A DNA stretch of 64,000 nt. Source: a bacterium (lineage in GTDB: Bacteria > Patescibacteriota > Saccharimonadia > Saccharimonadales > SZUA-47). Shown here one piece after another: positions 45,811 through 53,618 of the stretch. The notes below the pieces were generated by a model. The model was not told the origin of the DNA, did no database searches, and worked only from the letters and a program-made list of their open reading frames with translations. The position numbers and the translations under genes were made by a program. The stretch is taken from positions 65,516 to 129,515 of the forward strand of contig JAUIBF010000003.1 of the NCBI GenBank assembly GCA_030428125.1. The letters run 5' to 3'. Every line of letters begins with the position of its first letter. Position 1 is the stretch's first letter.

Positions 45811-46304
45811 TCTTCAGTCTCCTCTGCAATCGCTATTATTTCGCGCATTGCATCCTCGCTGATATTCCCATCCTTATCTAGCTGGTCGTATTCTAGTATT
45901 TCGTTTACGTTATCAATCTCTTCGAAGGCCGGAGAAGTATTTACTGCTTCTGTAAATTGTGCTTTGAGTTCTGGGTCCGCTTCTGGCAGGCTGAAATCGG
46001 AGAAATCTCGTGGATCGCTAGGTTCAGTTCCGAAGGCGAATGTATAGCCATTCTCTTCTAATTCTGATATTTCGTCTGCCGTATCGAAGGCCGCAAGATA
46101 CGTGTTTCCGTATTCTATGATTGTGTCTTTATTCAAAAAAAGTGTTGTAGTTATAGCAACTATAGCTATAAGGGTAATCCCTGAAACTACAATCGCATGG
46201 TTTCTTAAGTGTTTTTTTTCGACCGAAGACCCAGTAACGAAGTCATGATCTTTGTGTTCTGTACCCGTAGGTTTGACGGTGTCGTCTTTTCTAAAAAGTC
46301 CCAT
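45807..46304 (-). CDS. hypothetical bitopic membrane protein with an acidic ectodomain
   Basis: One TM helix (AIVVSGITLIAIVAITTTLFL). Its stop overlaps the start of the downstream gene by 4 nt. Confidence 0.5.
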   Translation of the reverse strand: MGLFRKDDTVKPTGTEHKDHDFVTGSSVEKKHLRNHAIVVSGITLIAIVAITTTLFLNKDTIIEYGNTYLAAFDTADEISELEENGYTFAFGTEPSDPRDFSDFSLPEADPELKAQFTEAVNTSPAFEEIDNVNEILEYDQLDKDGNISEDAMREIIAIAEETEE

Positions 46305-46424
46305 AAAAATCCCTCTTATGACTATAATTTACACCAAGAGCAGTCAATATAAAAATTTATTCAATGGTTCAATGTAGAGCTCGCAATAACAAACTAACTC
46401 TCAGTATGCTTTGCCACAGGTTTT

Positions 46425-48380
46425 CTACAGGTTGGTCGATGCTATAACTTGTCTCGGGCCTTTTGTGTCCCACTGACCGCCGTTACCAACCAATACTGCA
46501 TCTTTGCCAGAGCTCATGAAGTTAGTCATAACAACAGCTTTGTCACCTGCACCTCTCCAAGGTTGTGGAACCAACTTTCTTGTCCATCCTGTTGCATCGC
46601 CATTGTTTAAAAACAACATGTGAGCTGAATTAGATTCCGGGTTCTTGTTGCTAAGTGCTTGAACAACAAATATATCTTTATCGCCATCGCCATCTATATC
46701 TGGAGTAACCACTTCCCATCCAAATTCTAGAGGTTGCTCGAATGCTATATTGAAACTCCCCGAGCTGTTGAGCCACACCTGTAGGCTATTTTTTTTAGCT
46801 AGCAGTAAATCTTCCCAGCCATCGTTGTTGACATCAGAGAAACTGGCCCCATGAACCAAGCTTAGATCTCCTGGAAATGGGTAATCTACAAAAACTTGTC
46901 CTTGAATGTTTTTATAAATCCAGGCGCTGTCTGCATCGCAAATAATGATATCTGTCCAGCCATCGTTGTCAATATCTGTTGCCTCTGCACAACTTGCATT
47001 TCCTCGGGCGTTACGTAGGCCCATATCTGTATCTTGGAAGCCTCGCCACTTACCAAATTCGTCATTACCTAAGTTAACTATTATTCTGTGAAATGACGTG
47101 TTGCCCGTAGAACTTGCAGTTGCCGATACTAAAATATCTGTCCAGCCATCGTTGTTTACATCTAGCAACGCGACTTCACGTGATCTGTCCCTCGTCATGT
47201 CACCCATTAAGTGATTGAGCTGCTCGAACTTGCCGTGCTCATCCTGTAGCCAAAGCCTATCGTTTTTAAAGCAAGTTCCCTGGCACGCGCCATTTGGCCC
47301 AAAAATGTCTAGATCTCCGTCTTTGTCAAAATCAGCCACAGCACAGCCATGATTATCGTGTTTGACTAGCCCGGAATTACCGCTGTCCAAAACAAATGTG
47401 CCTGATTCCTGACCCCAGAATAGGTTTATTACATCTGCCTTATGCTCAGACCATAAGACATCTCGCTTGCCATCAGCGTTTAGATCGGCCACGCAGGGCT
47501 TACCGAATGAACTCGAACTCTCTGGTATCGAAGTTAGTCCTAGTTCTGGTGCGTAGTTTCGGTATTCAAAATCACTATCTATATCAGGGTTTCCATGGAT
47601 TATGCTAGGCGTAACAGTTAATATAGTAGCTTCATTTCTCCATTTGTTATTTGCTCTTGTGCTTAGTGATATATCGTAGGTTGTTTCGTTTGTTAAGCCC
47701 CCAATTATTACCGAAAAAGTCTCGTTATTTAGTTGCGAATATTGCGTCCAACTGCCACCCGCTTCTCGATACCGGTAACGGTACTTCTGAGCATTTTCTA
47801 CTGGTTCCCAGTCTAGGTATATAGCGCCATTTAATGGTGTTGCTGTAGCCGTAGGCGCTGTGCCGTTACCCTCTACAGTCACCGAGTAATCATTGCTAGG
47901 TTGATCTTGCTCATCTGGGTCACCGGGGTTTTCGTCCTCGGTAGGATCATCTGAATCTTCATTATCACCGTCTTCGCCTTCAGCGCCAGGGGTTAAGGTT
48001 GCCTCTGCCCAGTCATTTAACCACTTGTCATTTACTCTTGTACCCACTGCAACAGTGTATTCAGCTCCATTTTCTAATTCTTCAATCAGGTACATTAAAG
48101 TAGAATTCGATAGTTGGACGTTCGTGCTCCATGCTTGCGCACCTCTTCTATACCGGTAACGATACTTCTGAGCGTTTTCTACCGGTTCCCACTCCATGAG
48201 AATTGCCCCATCTAGTGATGTGGCAGTCATTGTAGGGGCAGTTTTTTCACCAGAAACAGTTATTGAGTTGGCGCTGAGACTTCCTATATGCGTAAAAGGA
48301 AGCGTTAGCACAGCTAACATCGCAAGTATAATTCTTGTTTTTTTAGTTTTTTGTTGAAAATTTAGGCGTCTCAAATACAA
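46425..48380 (-). CDS. secreted protein: 2 FN3-like domains plus an FG-GAP/VCBS beta-propeller
   Basis: TTG start 6 nt after GGAG, with a signal peptide. Two ~90-aa modules contain WEPVENAQKYRYRYR. Six Dx(D/N)xDGxxD repeats are present: ADLNADGKRD, ADFDKDGDLD, LDVNNDGWTD, TDIDNDGWTD, SDVNNDGWED and PDIDGDGDKD. Confidence 0.75.
   Translation of the reverse strand: MYLRRLNFQQKTKKTRIILAMLAVLTLPFTHIGSLSANSITVSGEKTAPTMTATSLDGAILMEWEPVENAQKYRYRYRRGAQAWSTNVQLSNSTLMYLIEELENGAEYTVAVGTRVNDKWLNDWAEATLTPGAEGEDGDNEDSDDPTEDENPGDPDEQDQPSNDYSVTVEGNGTAPTATATPLNGAIYLDWEPVENAQKYRYRYREAGGSWTQYSQLNNETFSVIIGGLTNETTYDISLSTRANNKWRNEATILTVTPSIIHGNPDIDSDFEYRNYAPELGLTSIPESSSSFGKPCVADLNADGKRDVLWSEHKADVINLFWGQESGTFVLDSGNSGLVKHDNHGCAVADFDKDGDLDIFGPNGACQGTCFKNDRLWLQDEHGKFEQLNHLMGDMTRDRSREVALLDVNNDGWTDILVSATASSTGNTSFHRIIVNLGNDEFGKWRGFQDTDMGLRNARGNASCAEATDIDNDGWTDIIICDADSAWIYKNIQGQVFVDYPFPGDLSLVHGASFSDVNNDGWEDLLLAKKNSLQVWLNSSGSFNIAFEQPLEFGWEVVTPDIDGDGDKDIFVVQALSNKNPESNSAHMLFLNNGDATGWTRKLVPQPWRGAGDKAVVMTNFMSSGKDAVLVGNGGQWDTKGPRQVIASTNL
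47769..48191 (-). repeat. intragenic FN3 module duplication (period 381 bp)
   Basis: The 42-nt cores at 47769-47810 and 48150-48191 differ at 3 positions. Confidence 0.75.
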
Positions 48381-48617
48381 CTTTGTCTCCTCTAAAGCAA
48401 TTTTATAGTTTACTTTAGCTAATCATAGTATTTTTTTAAAACCCCGTCAATAATTTGTCGTGCGAACAAAAGATTAATATTATGCCCTGTGATTCATGCT
48501 CACTATTAAATCTATGGGTCCTGTAAGGCCATGAATGTTCATAAAATGACACAAAGTAATAAATTTGAAGTAATAACAGATATTGCGATGCTTCAAATAA
48601 ATTCGTCTTTATCGTGC

Positions 48618-49268
48618 CTACAACGGTCTAAGTTTTTGCGCAAAAGCTCTGTGCCTTACAAAACCGAATCTTGGATAGTGTCGAATAAAGTATCTTAGCC
48701 CGCTCTCTCCTCCTGGAATATTTCTTCTGTGTAGTGTTCCGGCTGGAACCCTTAGCATTTGCCCCGGAGAATAACTAACAACTTCAGCATCGCCTCTTTC
48801 TAGGGCGTTGTCTATCGCAGCTTTTCCGTCCTCGACATCCCAGCGGTGATTTGGATTCCAATGACGATCAAAAATTTGAACACCGCTCAGCTCAATCCGA
48901 CCCACTAAAAATTCGGTAGGCCACCTTGAAGCACCTGTCAAAAACTCAGTTAGCTTAAAAACTCGGGCATCGCCAGCCGTGTCTGCGTGCCAACCATCGG
49001 TTAATCCTTTCCGGTACCCGCTTACAGATACTAGATCGTTGAATTGCCCATCGCTATGTATATTTTCAAATGCCCCTGGGAAAAATAATCGATTCCATTT
49101 AATTTCAACTATATTTTTCATTAAATCAAACTCTCCACCCGCAAGTTGTCTTTGTACTTCAAAAGGGCTGGAGCCAGGACTAGCTTCTAAAATTTCGTTG
49201 ATTCTGTCGTGTAGTTGCGTGGCATCAAAACCGCCTACGATTCGGGGGCTATCTGATTTGTAAATCAT
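48618..49268 (-). CDS. possible Fe(II)/2-oxoglutarate-dependent oxygenase-fold protein
   Basis: An HxD motif in GWHADT, a distal His in AGTLHRR and Arg in RYFIRH give ordered HxD...H...R spacing. Recognised by eye only. Confidence 0.4.
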   Translation of the reverse strand: MIYKSDSPRIVGGFDATQLHDRINEILEASPGSSPFEVQRQLAGGEFDLMKNIVEIKWNRLFFPGAFENIHSDGQFNDLVSVSGYRKGLTDGWHADTAGDARVFKLTEFLTGASRWPTEFLVGRIELSGVQIFDRHWNPNHRWDVEDGKAAIDNALERGDAEVVSYSPGQMLRVPAGTLHRRNIPGGESGLRYFIRHYPRFGFVRHRAFAQKLRPL

Positions 49269-49314
49269 GAAATAAAGCTATCATGTCATATCGATAAAAC
49301 ATAATGCCTATGCT

Positions 49315-49389
49315 TGGTGACCCCAACGGGAATCGAACCCGTATTGCCAGATTGAGAATCTGATGTCCTAACCGTTAGACGATGGGGCC
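49315..49389 (-). tRNA. tRNA-Glu (anticodon CUC), CCA encoded
   Basis: The minus strand folds as a 75-nt cloverleaf. Acceptor GGCCCCA/TGGGGTC, D arm GTCT/GGAC, anticodon stem TCAGA/TCTGG with loop TTCTCAA, T arm ACGGG-TTCGATT-CCCGT, then A-CCA. Confidence 0.9.
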
Positions 49390-49402
49390 TCGTCGGTATG
49401 TG

Positions 49403-49650
49403 ATGGCGCTTGCGCCTGAACTGCCGACGAAACAAGTTCCTCGGACACTTCAGGCACCCTCGCCATGCTGCTTCCTATCAATTTCGCGAATTATTGCTTC
49501 GCAGAAATTCACGAAATTGGTTTATCCTTGGCCTTATTTTACTAAATTTTCAAACCAAGTGAAACCGTTTGAAAATTTAAAAGGAAGGGCTAGTTGGGTT
49601 AGTTGCTGCTTGCGGGCAAACTTGTTTTTTCGCAAGTTCTGCTAACCCAA
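49403..49650 (-). other. array of four long hairpins adjacent to the tRNA (function unknown)
   Basis: A nested rod at 49403-49466 (ATGGCG/CGCCAT, GCCTGAA/TTCAGGC, CCGA/TCGG). A 13-bp stem at 49480-49518. An 8-bp stem at 49547-49575. A 9+6-bp nested stem at 49594-49650. The apical GGAAC/GUUUC pairs of the rod form only on the minus-strand RNA, through G-U pairs. Confidence 0.4.
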
Positions 49651-49694
49651 CGTTACGCCTTGACGCTACAGGGGTGAAGTCCAGCATAAGCATA

Positions 49695-49724
49695 TTGACA
49701 AATAGTACATAAGCGTGTTATAAT
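49695..49724 (+). promoter_or_regulatory. near-consensus extended -10 promoter (TTGACA-N18-TGtTATAAT)
   Basis: TTGACA at 49695-49700, TG at 49716-49717 and TATAAT at 49719-49724. ATG codons at 49728 and 49731 lie 3 and 6 nt downstream. Confidence 0.55.
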
Positions 49725-49727
49725 AAG

Positions 49728-50396
49728 ATGATGAGAAATTTATCAGTTGAAAAGATGCTAAGTCATGAAATAGCAGTGTTGGGTACGCCTGCCATCATAG
49801 GTGCGGGTAACACTCAAGCCGGGCTACAAGAAGGTTCAGTCCATAATGCTGAACAGTTCGCTAGGGTTCTAGACGCAGGACTAGTCTCGGGTGGAGAGGT
49901 GATATTTACTGGTATGGGTCCAAGTACCACCATTGAATATCCGGTTAGTGAAGCTCAAGGTATGCTAGACATCGTTAATGCTAATTCTAGACATGGAGTT
50001 ACCCGGCCGATTATCGAAGATGGTTCATATGACACAATGGGAAACGTTGCAAACGTAGCAAGAATTGTTGAGGCTCGCGAGATTCCTTCTCTGGTAGTCT
50101 TTGGTGCAATATATCACGTAGATAGATTTCAAGAACTGGCAGCTAAAAGAATGCCTGACACAAAAGTAACAACTGTCCGAACGCTAGAGAGAACTTCTAT
50201 TAAGGCTAGGGCGAGAGAAGAAGTTCTGAGTACTTTAGGGTATTTAACGCATATTGGCGTTGAGCCAGGCGACCACGAAAAACTAGACGCTCGTGAAGAT
50301 GCATACAGGAGAGCTATGCGTTTTCCCAAAGAATTAATGTTTAGATTTGGTGTAACTGAAAGATATTCTGACAATCTAGACAACGAAGCCGCCTAA
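49728..50396 (+). CDS. DUF218 (YdcF/ElyC-like) protein
   Basis: SEAQGM, EDGSYDTMGNV and VVFGAIYHVDR match the DUF218 pattern (SEA..M, E..S.nT..N, YH..R). The likely leaderless start is 49731. Confidence 0.6.
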   Translation: MMRNLSVEKMLSHEIAVLGTPAIIGAGNTQAGLQEGSVHNAEQFARVLDAGLVSGGEVIFTGMGPSTTIEYPVSEAQGMLDIVNANSRHGVTRPIIEDGSYDTMGNVANVARIVEAREIPSLVVFGAIYHVDRFQELAAKRMPDTKVTTVRTLERTSIKARAREEVLSTLGYLTHIGVEPGDHEKLDAREDAYRRAMRFPKELMFRFGVTERYSDNLDNEAA

Positions 50397-50845
50397 GCGA
50401 CCTGCTGAATGTAGCTAACTAATTCCTTAGGAGTAATTTCGGCTTTAATTAAATATCCGTCAGCCATTTTTTCAACTTCTTTACGGACATCTTCTTTCTG
50501 ATCTAGATTAGTTGTGATTATCACCTTGCTTCGCAACGGTGGTTGAACATGTTCGCCACGCAATTTATAGAGCATGTCTACGCCGTTCATTGTTGGCAGC
50601 ATAATATCAAGAAGAATTATGTCGAATTCACCAGAGCTGGCTTGGTGCAGACCTAGTTCTCCATCGTTGACTATAGATACGTCATAGCCTGCGTTTGTTA
50701 GTGCACGAGCATATAAATCACTGATAAATCGCTCATCTTCAATACAGAGAATTTTTCTAGGGGATGATCTTTGTATGGGTTGGCTTGGGTCTGGCTGAGT
50801 TTTTGGCTGTTCTTGAGATGATTGTTGGTTTAAATCTTGATCCAT
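50393..50845 (-). CDS. stand-alone response-regulator receiver protein
   Basis: A Q/P-rich 30-aa N-terminus, then ILCIEDE, DIILLDIMLPTMNG, IITTNL and YLIKA. No output domain. Confidence 0.85.
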   Translation of the reverse strand: MDQDLNQQSSQEQPKTQPDPSQPIQRSSPRKILCIEDERFISDLYARALTNAGYDVSIVNDGELGLHQASSGEFDIILLDIMLPTMNGVDMLYKLRGEHVQPPLRSKVIITTNLDQKEDVRKEVEKMADGYLIKAEITPKELVSYIQQVA

Positions 50846-50847
50846 AT

Positions 50848-52404
50848 CTAATTCCTATATAGCGAATGGTTTTTTATCCACCCGTGCGCTCCTCTGATAA
50901 TACCATCTTCCCCTTCTGCTTGCTCTGCAGAAATTTGATCAAACGGAATTAAAGTAAAGTTAAACTCCGAGCCTTCACCCTCTTTTGATCTTACCCAGAT
51001 ATTACCACCATGGGCATTAACAATAGCTTTGCTGAGGTATAGGCCTAGCCCTGTGCCTCCTACTTGGATTCGACTTTTGTGGCTTCTGTGGAATTTCTGG
51101 AACAAGTCGCCCATAACTGAAGTCGGTATGCCAATCCCATAGTCCCGTACAGAAATTTCTACTAGTCCATCGTTATTCATGTAGGCGTGAACGTCAACTT
51201 TATCTGCTTTGTCGCTATACTTTATAGCATTGTCTACCAGGTTGTTGATTACTTCATGAACCGAAATCCTATCTGCAGCAACGGGGGGTAAGTTTTCGTC
51301 AATTTTAAGGTCTATGTGCTTACCATGTACTCGTGCTCGTAACTCTAGGTCGCTGATGGCAGTTTGCATAATGTCTGAAATATTTTCCGATCTTAGTTTA
51401 AGTTCTAGCTGATTTTCCTCGACACGAGCAACATTCAGGATGTTGCTGACAAAGGCCGTAAGTTGTTCGGCGCTAGCCTGCATTTTATGCATGAAATCTT
51501 TCAATTCTGGAGACAGGCTGCTTCCTAGCTCATCACTAAATACCTCTATGTATCCACGCATGATTGTTAATGGCGTGCGAAGTTCATGCACTGCGAGTGC
51601 TACAAAGCTGATTTCGTTGTCGTCAGCACCATACTGTTCTGTGCGATCGAATATTGCCATCATAGTCTCTGTGCCAGTAGAATTACCACTTGAAAAGTTG
51701 GCGACCATATCGAACTGTTTCCATTCATCTTGACTGACGGCATGTCGGACTCGATTCCATGCCCTTGTCGAGGTTACGGAAGATTTCTTAACTTTATTAA
51801 GCCACTCTTCTAACCCCTCTTCCGATCGAAAGCTCAAGTGTACGCTGTCATATAATGACTTACCGATGATTTCGCTCAGAGGTTTATTTATATAATCAGC
51901 GACTGCCTTGTTTGCTACAGTAACATTTTGGTTCGTATCCATGCCGATTATCGGCATTGGAATAGCATCAATAACAATTTGAGTAGCAGGTTGTTCTGTG
52001 ACTTGCTGAGGTTGATTTACTGATGTTGTGGCAGGAGCGGCAATTGTAGTCGGTGAGCTGCTTCCGAGGTTATAAATTTCCCTACTTAAACTTTCTACTA
52101 AATCTCTCGCTAGTTTAAGTTTAGCTGTGTCGGGTGCTGCTCCACCTCTCTCGCTGTGAGCAGTAAACATGATAATTTCTTGCAGTTTTTCTAATGGTTC
52201 GCTAGCTTTTATCGTCAATACATTGGCGCTTATTATTGCTACGGCGATTCCGGCTGACAGGCTAATGATTAGGGTGAACAATATCTCAAAGCTGAATATT
52301 TCTGAGCATAAAAACCAAAAAACGGCCAAAACTATTACAGGGGTAATCACCGCCAAAAAGCTTCTGAGTGCCAGCTGTCGTCGGTATTTACTGATAAAAT
52401 CCAC
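50848..52404 (-). CDS. membrane sensor histidine kinase
   Basis: Two N-terminal TM helices, a PAS-like region, H-box AVHELRTPLTIMRGY, N-box NLVDNAIKYS, DYGIGIP and GGTGLGLYLS. Confidence 0.9.
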   Translation of the reverse strand: MDFISKYRRQLALRSFLAVITPVIVLAVFWFLCSEIFSFEILFTLIISLSAGIAVAIISANVLTIKASEPLEKLQEIIMFTAHSERGGAAPDTAKLKLARDLVESLSREIYNLGSSSPTTIAAPATTSVNQPQQVTEQPATQIVIDAIPMPIIGMDTNQNVTVANKAVADYINKPLSEIIGKSLYDSVHLSFRSEEGLEEWLNKVKKSSVTSTRAWNRVRHAVSQDEWKQFDMVANFSSGNSTGTETMMAIFDRTEQYGADDNEISFVALAVHELRTPLTIMRGYIEVFSDELGSSLSPELKDFMHKMQASAEQLTAFVSNILNVARVEENQLELKLRSENISDIMQTAISDLELRARVHGKHIDLKIDENLPPVAADRISVHEVINNLVDNAIKYSDKADKVDVHAYMNNDGLVEISVRDYGIGIPTSVMGDLFQKFHRSHKSRIQVGGTGLGLYLSKAIVNAHGGNIWVRSKEGEGSEFNFTLIPFDQISAEQAEGEDGIIRGAHGWIKNHSLYRN

Positions 52405-52420
52405 CTGGTAACCCCTTTAT

Positions 52421-53596
52421 TTACGGTGTGTATTTAATCCTGCCTGAAGGTATTGCTGTAACCCATTTTTGCCCAGCGTTTAGCTCAATAGGGTCGCCGT
52501 TAGCGTCTTCTAACTCTAAAGCCGCAGTGTCCGACGCTTTTTTCCAGGTGGCTTTAGTAACCTTTCCATCCTGGAAGATAAATGCTTCGCCTGATCCTAC
52601 GTTCTCATAAATGCTGTGTATACGATTGGAATGAATACCGTAGCTCATGACTAGTCCAATAACTACTTTAGGTTTGATTTGCTTACCAGACTCTTGGTCT
52701 TTGTGTGGTAGTCCGGCCATGAAACGACTGTATTCGTTTTTATCCTCATCGTAGGTGTAGTAGGTATTGTAGTTTGCGCTTGAAATATTAAATTCTATAC
52801 GGCTTGCTGTAGCTGGAGATTCAGCAGTCGGTTTATCGTCCTCTTTTCGTTCAAATCCTGTAAATTTACTCGAGGTATATCCTAACTCTTTGCTCAGTGA
52901 GTCTATCCTATCCATACTGGTGTATACGTTATGTGGAGCATATCTGTTAGAAACGCGACTCGCTATCTGATTTCCGTATTTGCCATGATCTAAATCCTTC
53001 ATATCTAGCGATCGTATAAGTGCTAAAGCAGCGCCACTACCTCCACTATGTAGGTAGCGTGCGTCGTAGCCGGCAGCCCAACGCACATAGTATGGACGCG
53101 CACTTCGGATTGGACCGATATTGTCCGGCTTAGCTTCTTGATATAGCGCTAAGAACCTCGTTATACCACCTTCTGCAATTGCCTCATAAACTATGCCGGC
53201 TTCTTGTAGGCCCGACTGTGGTCTAGCATCAATACTGTTTTCTATCATTGCGCCAGTAACTGGACGAGCTGCTAGCTCCTCGGTAGTTTCTATTCCCGTG
53301 AGAGCAGAGTAAACAGGTTCTGGTGGTGGAACGTATGTCGATACCACATCCGGCTCGTAAAGTTCTTCGCTCGGCTCAATTAGGGTAAATGCCATCGCGC
53401 CTCCGATTAACAGAACGGCACCAGCAATCCCACCAACCATCATTAATCGTTTCTTTGGAGGGCGTTTTTTTAGGAACTCTTTGATCCCGGCAAAACGGTC
53501 TTTCTTAGTGACATCAACAGGATTAGGATTACTGGGTATCGGTTTTTGTTCCATAAAGCTTACGTCTATTTTATAACTTTGAGGCGAGCAATTCAA
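52421..53596 (-). CDS. DUF3048-family membrane-anchored protein
   Basis: A TM anchor, then ENSIDARPQSGLQEAGIVYEAIAEGGITRFLALY and IGPIRSARPYYV. The start may be the internal ATG (MEQKP...). Confidence 0.75.
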   Translation of the reverse strand: MNCSPQSYKIDVSFMEQKPIPSNPNPVDVTKKDRFAGIKEFLKKRPPKKRLMMVGGIAGAVLLIGGAMAFTLIEPSEELYEPDVVSTYVPPPEPVYSALTGIETTEELAARPVTGAMIENSIDARPQSGLQEAGIVYEAIAEGGITRFLALYQEAKPDNIGPIRSARPYYVRWAAGYDARYLHSGGSGAALALIRSLDMKDLDHGKYGNQIASRVSNRYAPHNVYTSMDRIDSLSKELGYTSSKFTGFERKEDDKPTAESPATASRIEFNISSANYNTYYTYDEDKNEYSRFMAGLPHKDQESGKQIKPKVVIGLVMSYGIHSNRIHSIYENVGSGEAFIFQDGKVTKATWKKASDTAALELEDANGDPIELNAGQKWVTAIPSGRIKYTP

Positions 53597-53618
53597 CCGA
53601 AGTGTTAAACTATTATCA

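Noticed and set aside
47769-48191. Two 42-nt near-identical segments were considered as a template/variable repeat pair of a diversity-generating retroelement.
   Set aside because: There is no reverse transcriptase gene in the window. The 3 mismatches are not adenine-specific. Both copies are in-frame parts of duplicated FN3 modules in one gene.
49467-49475. The minus strand reads GGAAGCAGC, which matches the most conserved stretch of SRP (4.5S) RNA helix 8 and sits next to a rod-like hairpin.
   Set aside because: The motif lies 5' of the rod instead of 3' of a GNRA tetraloop. The expected GUCC-GGAA context and the opposing strand motifs are absent. It is probably a chance 9-mer, though an Rfam scan would settle it.
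49382-49645. An 87-aa plus-strand ORF.
   Set aside because: It starts inside the tRNA-Glu gene on the opposite strand and runs through four hairpins. It has no ribosome-binding site.
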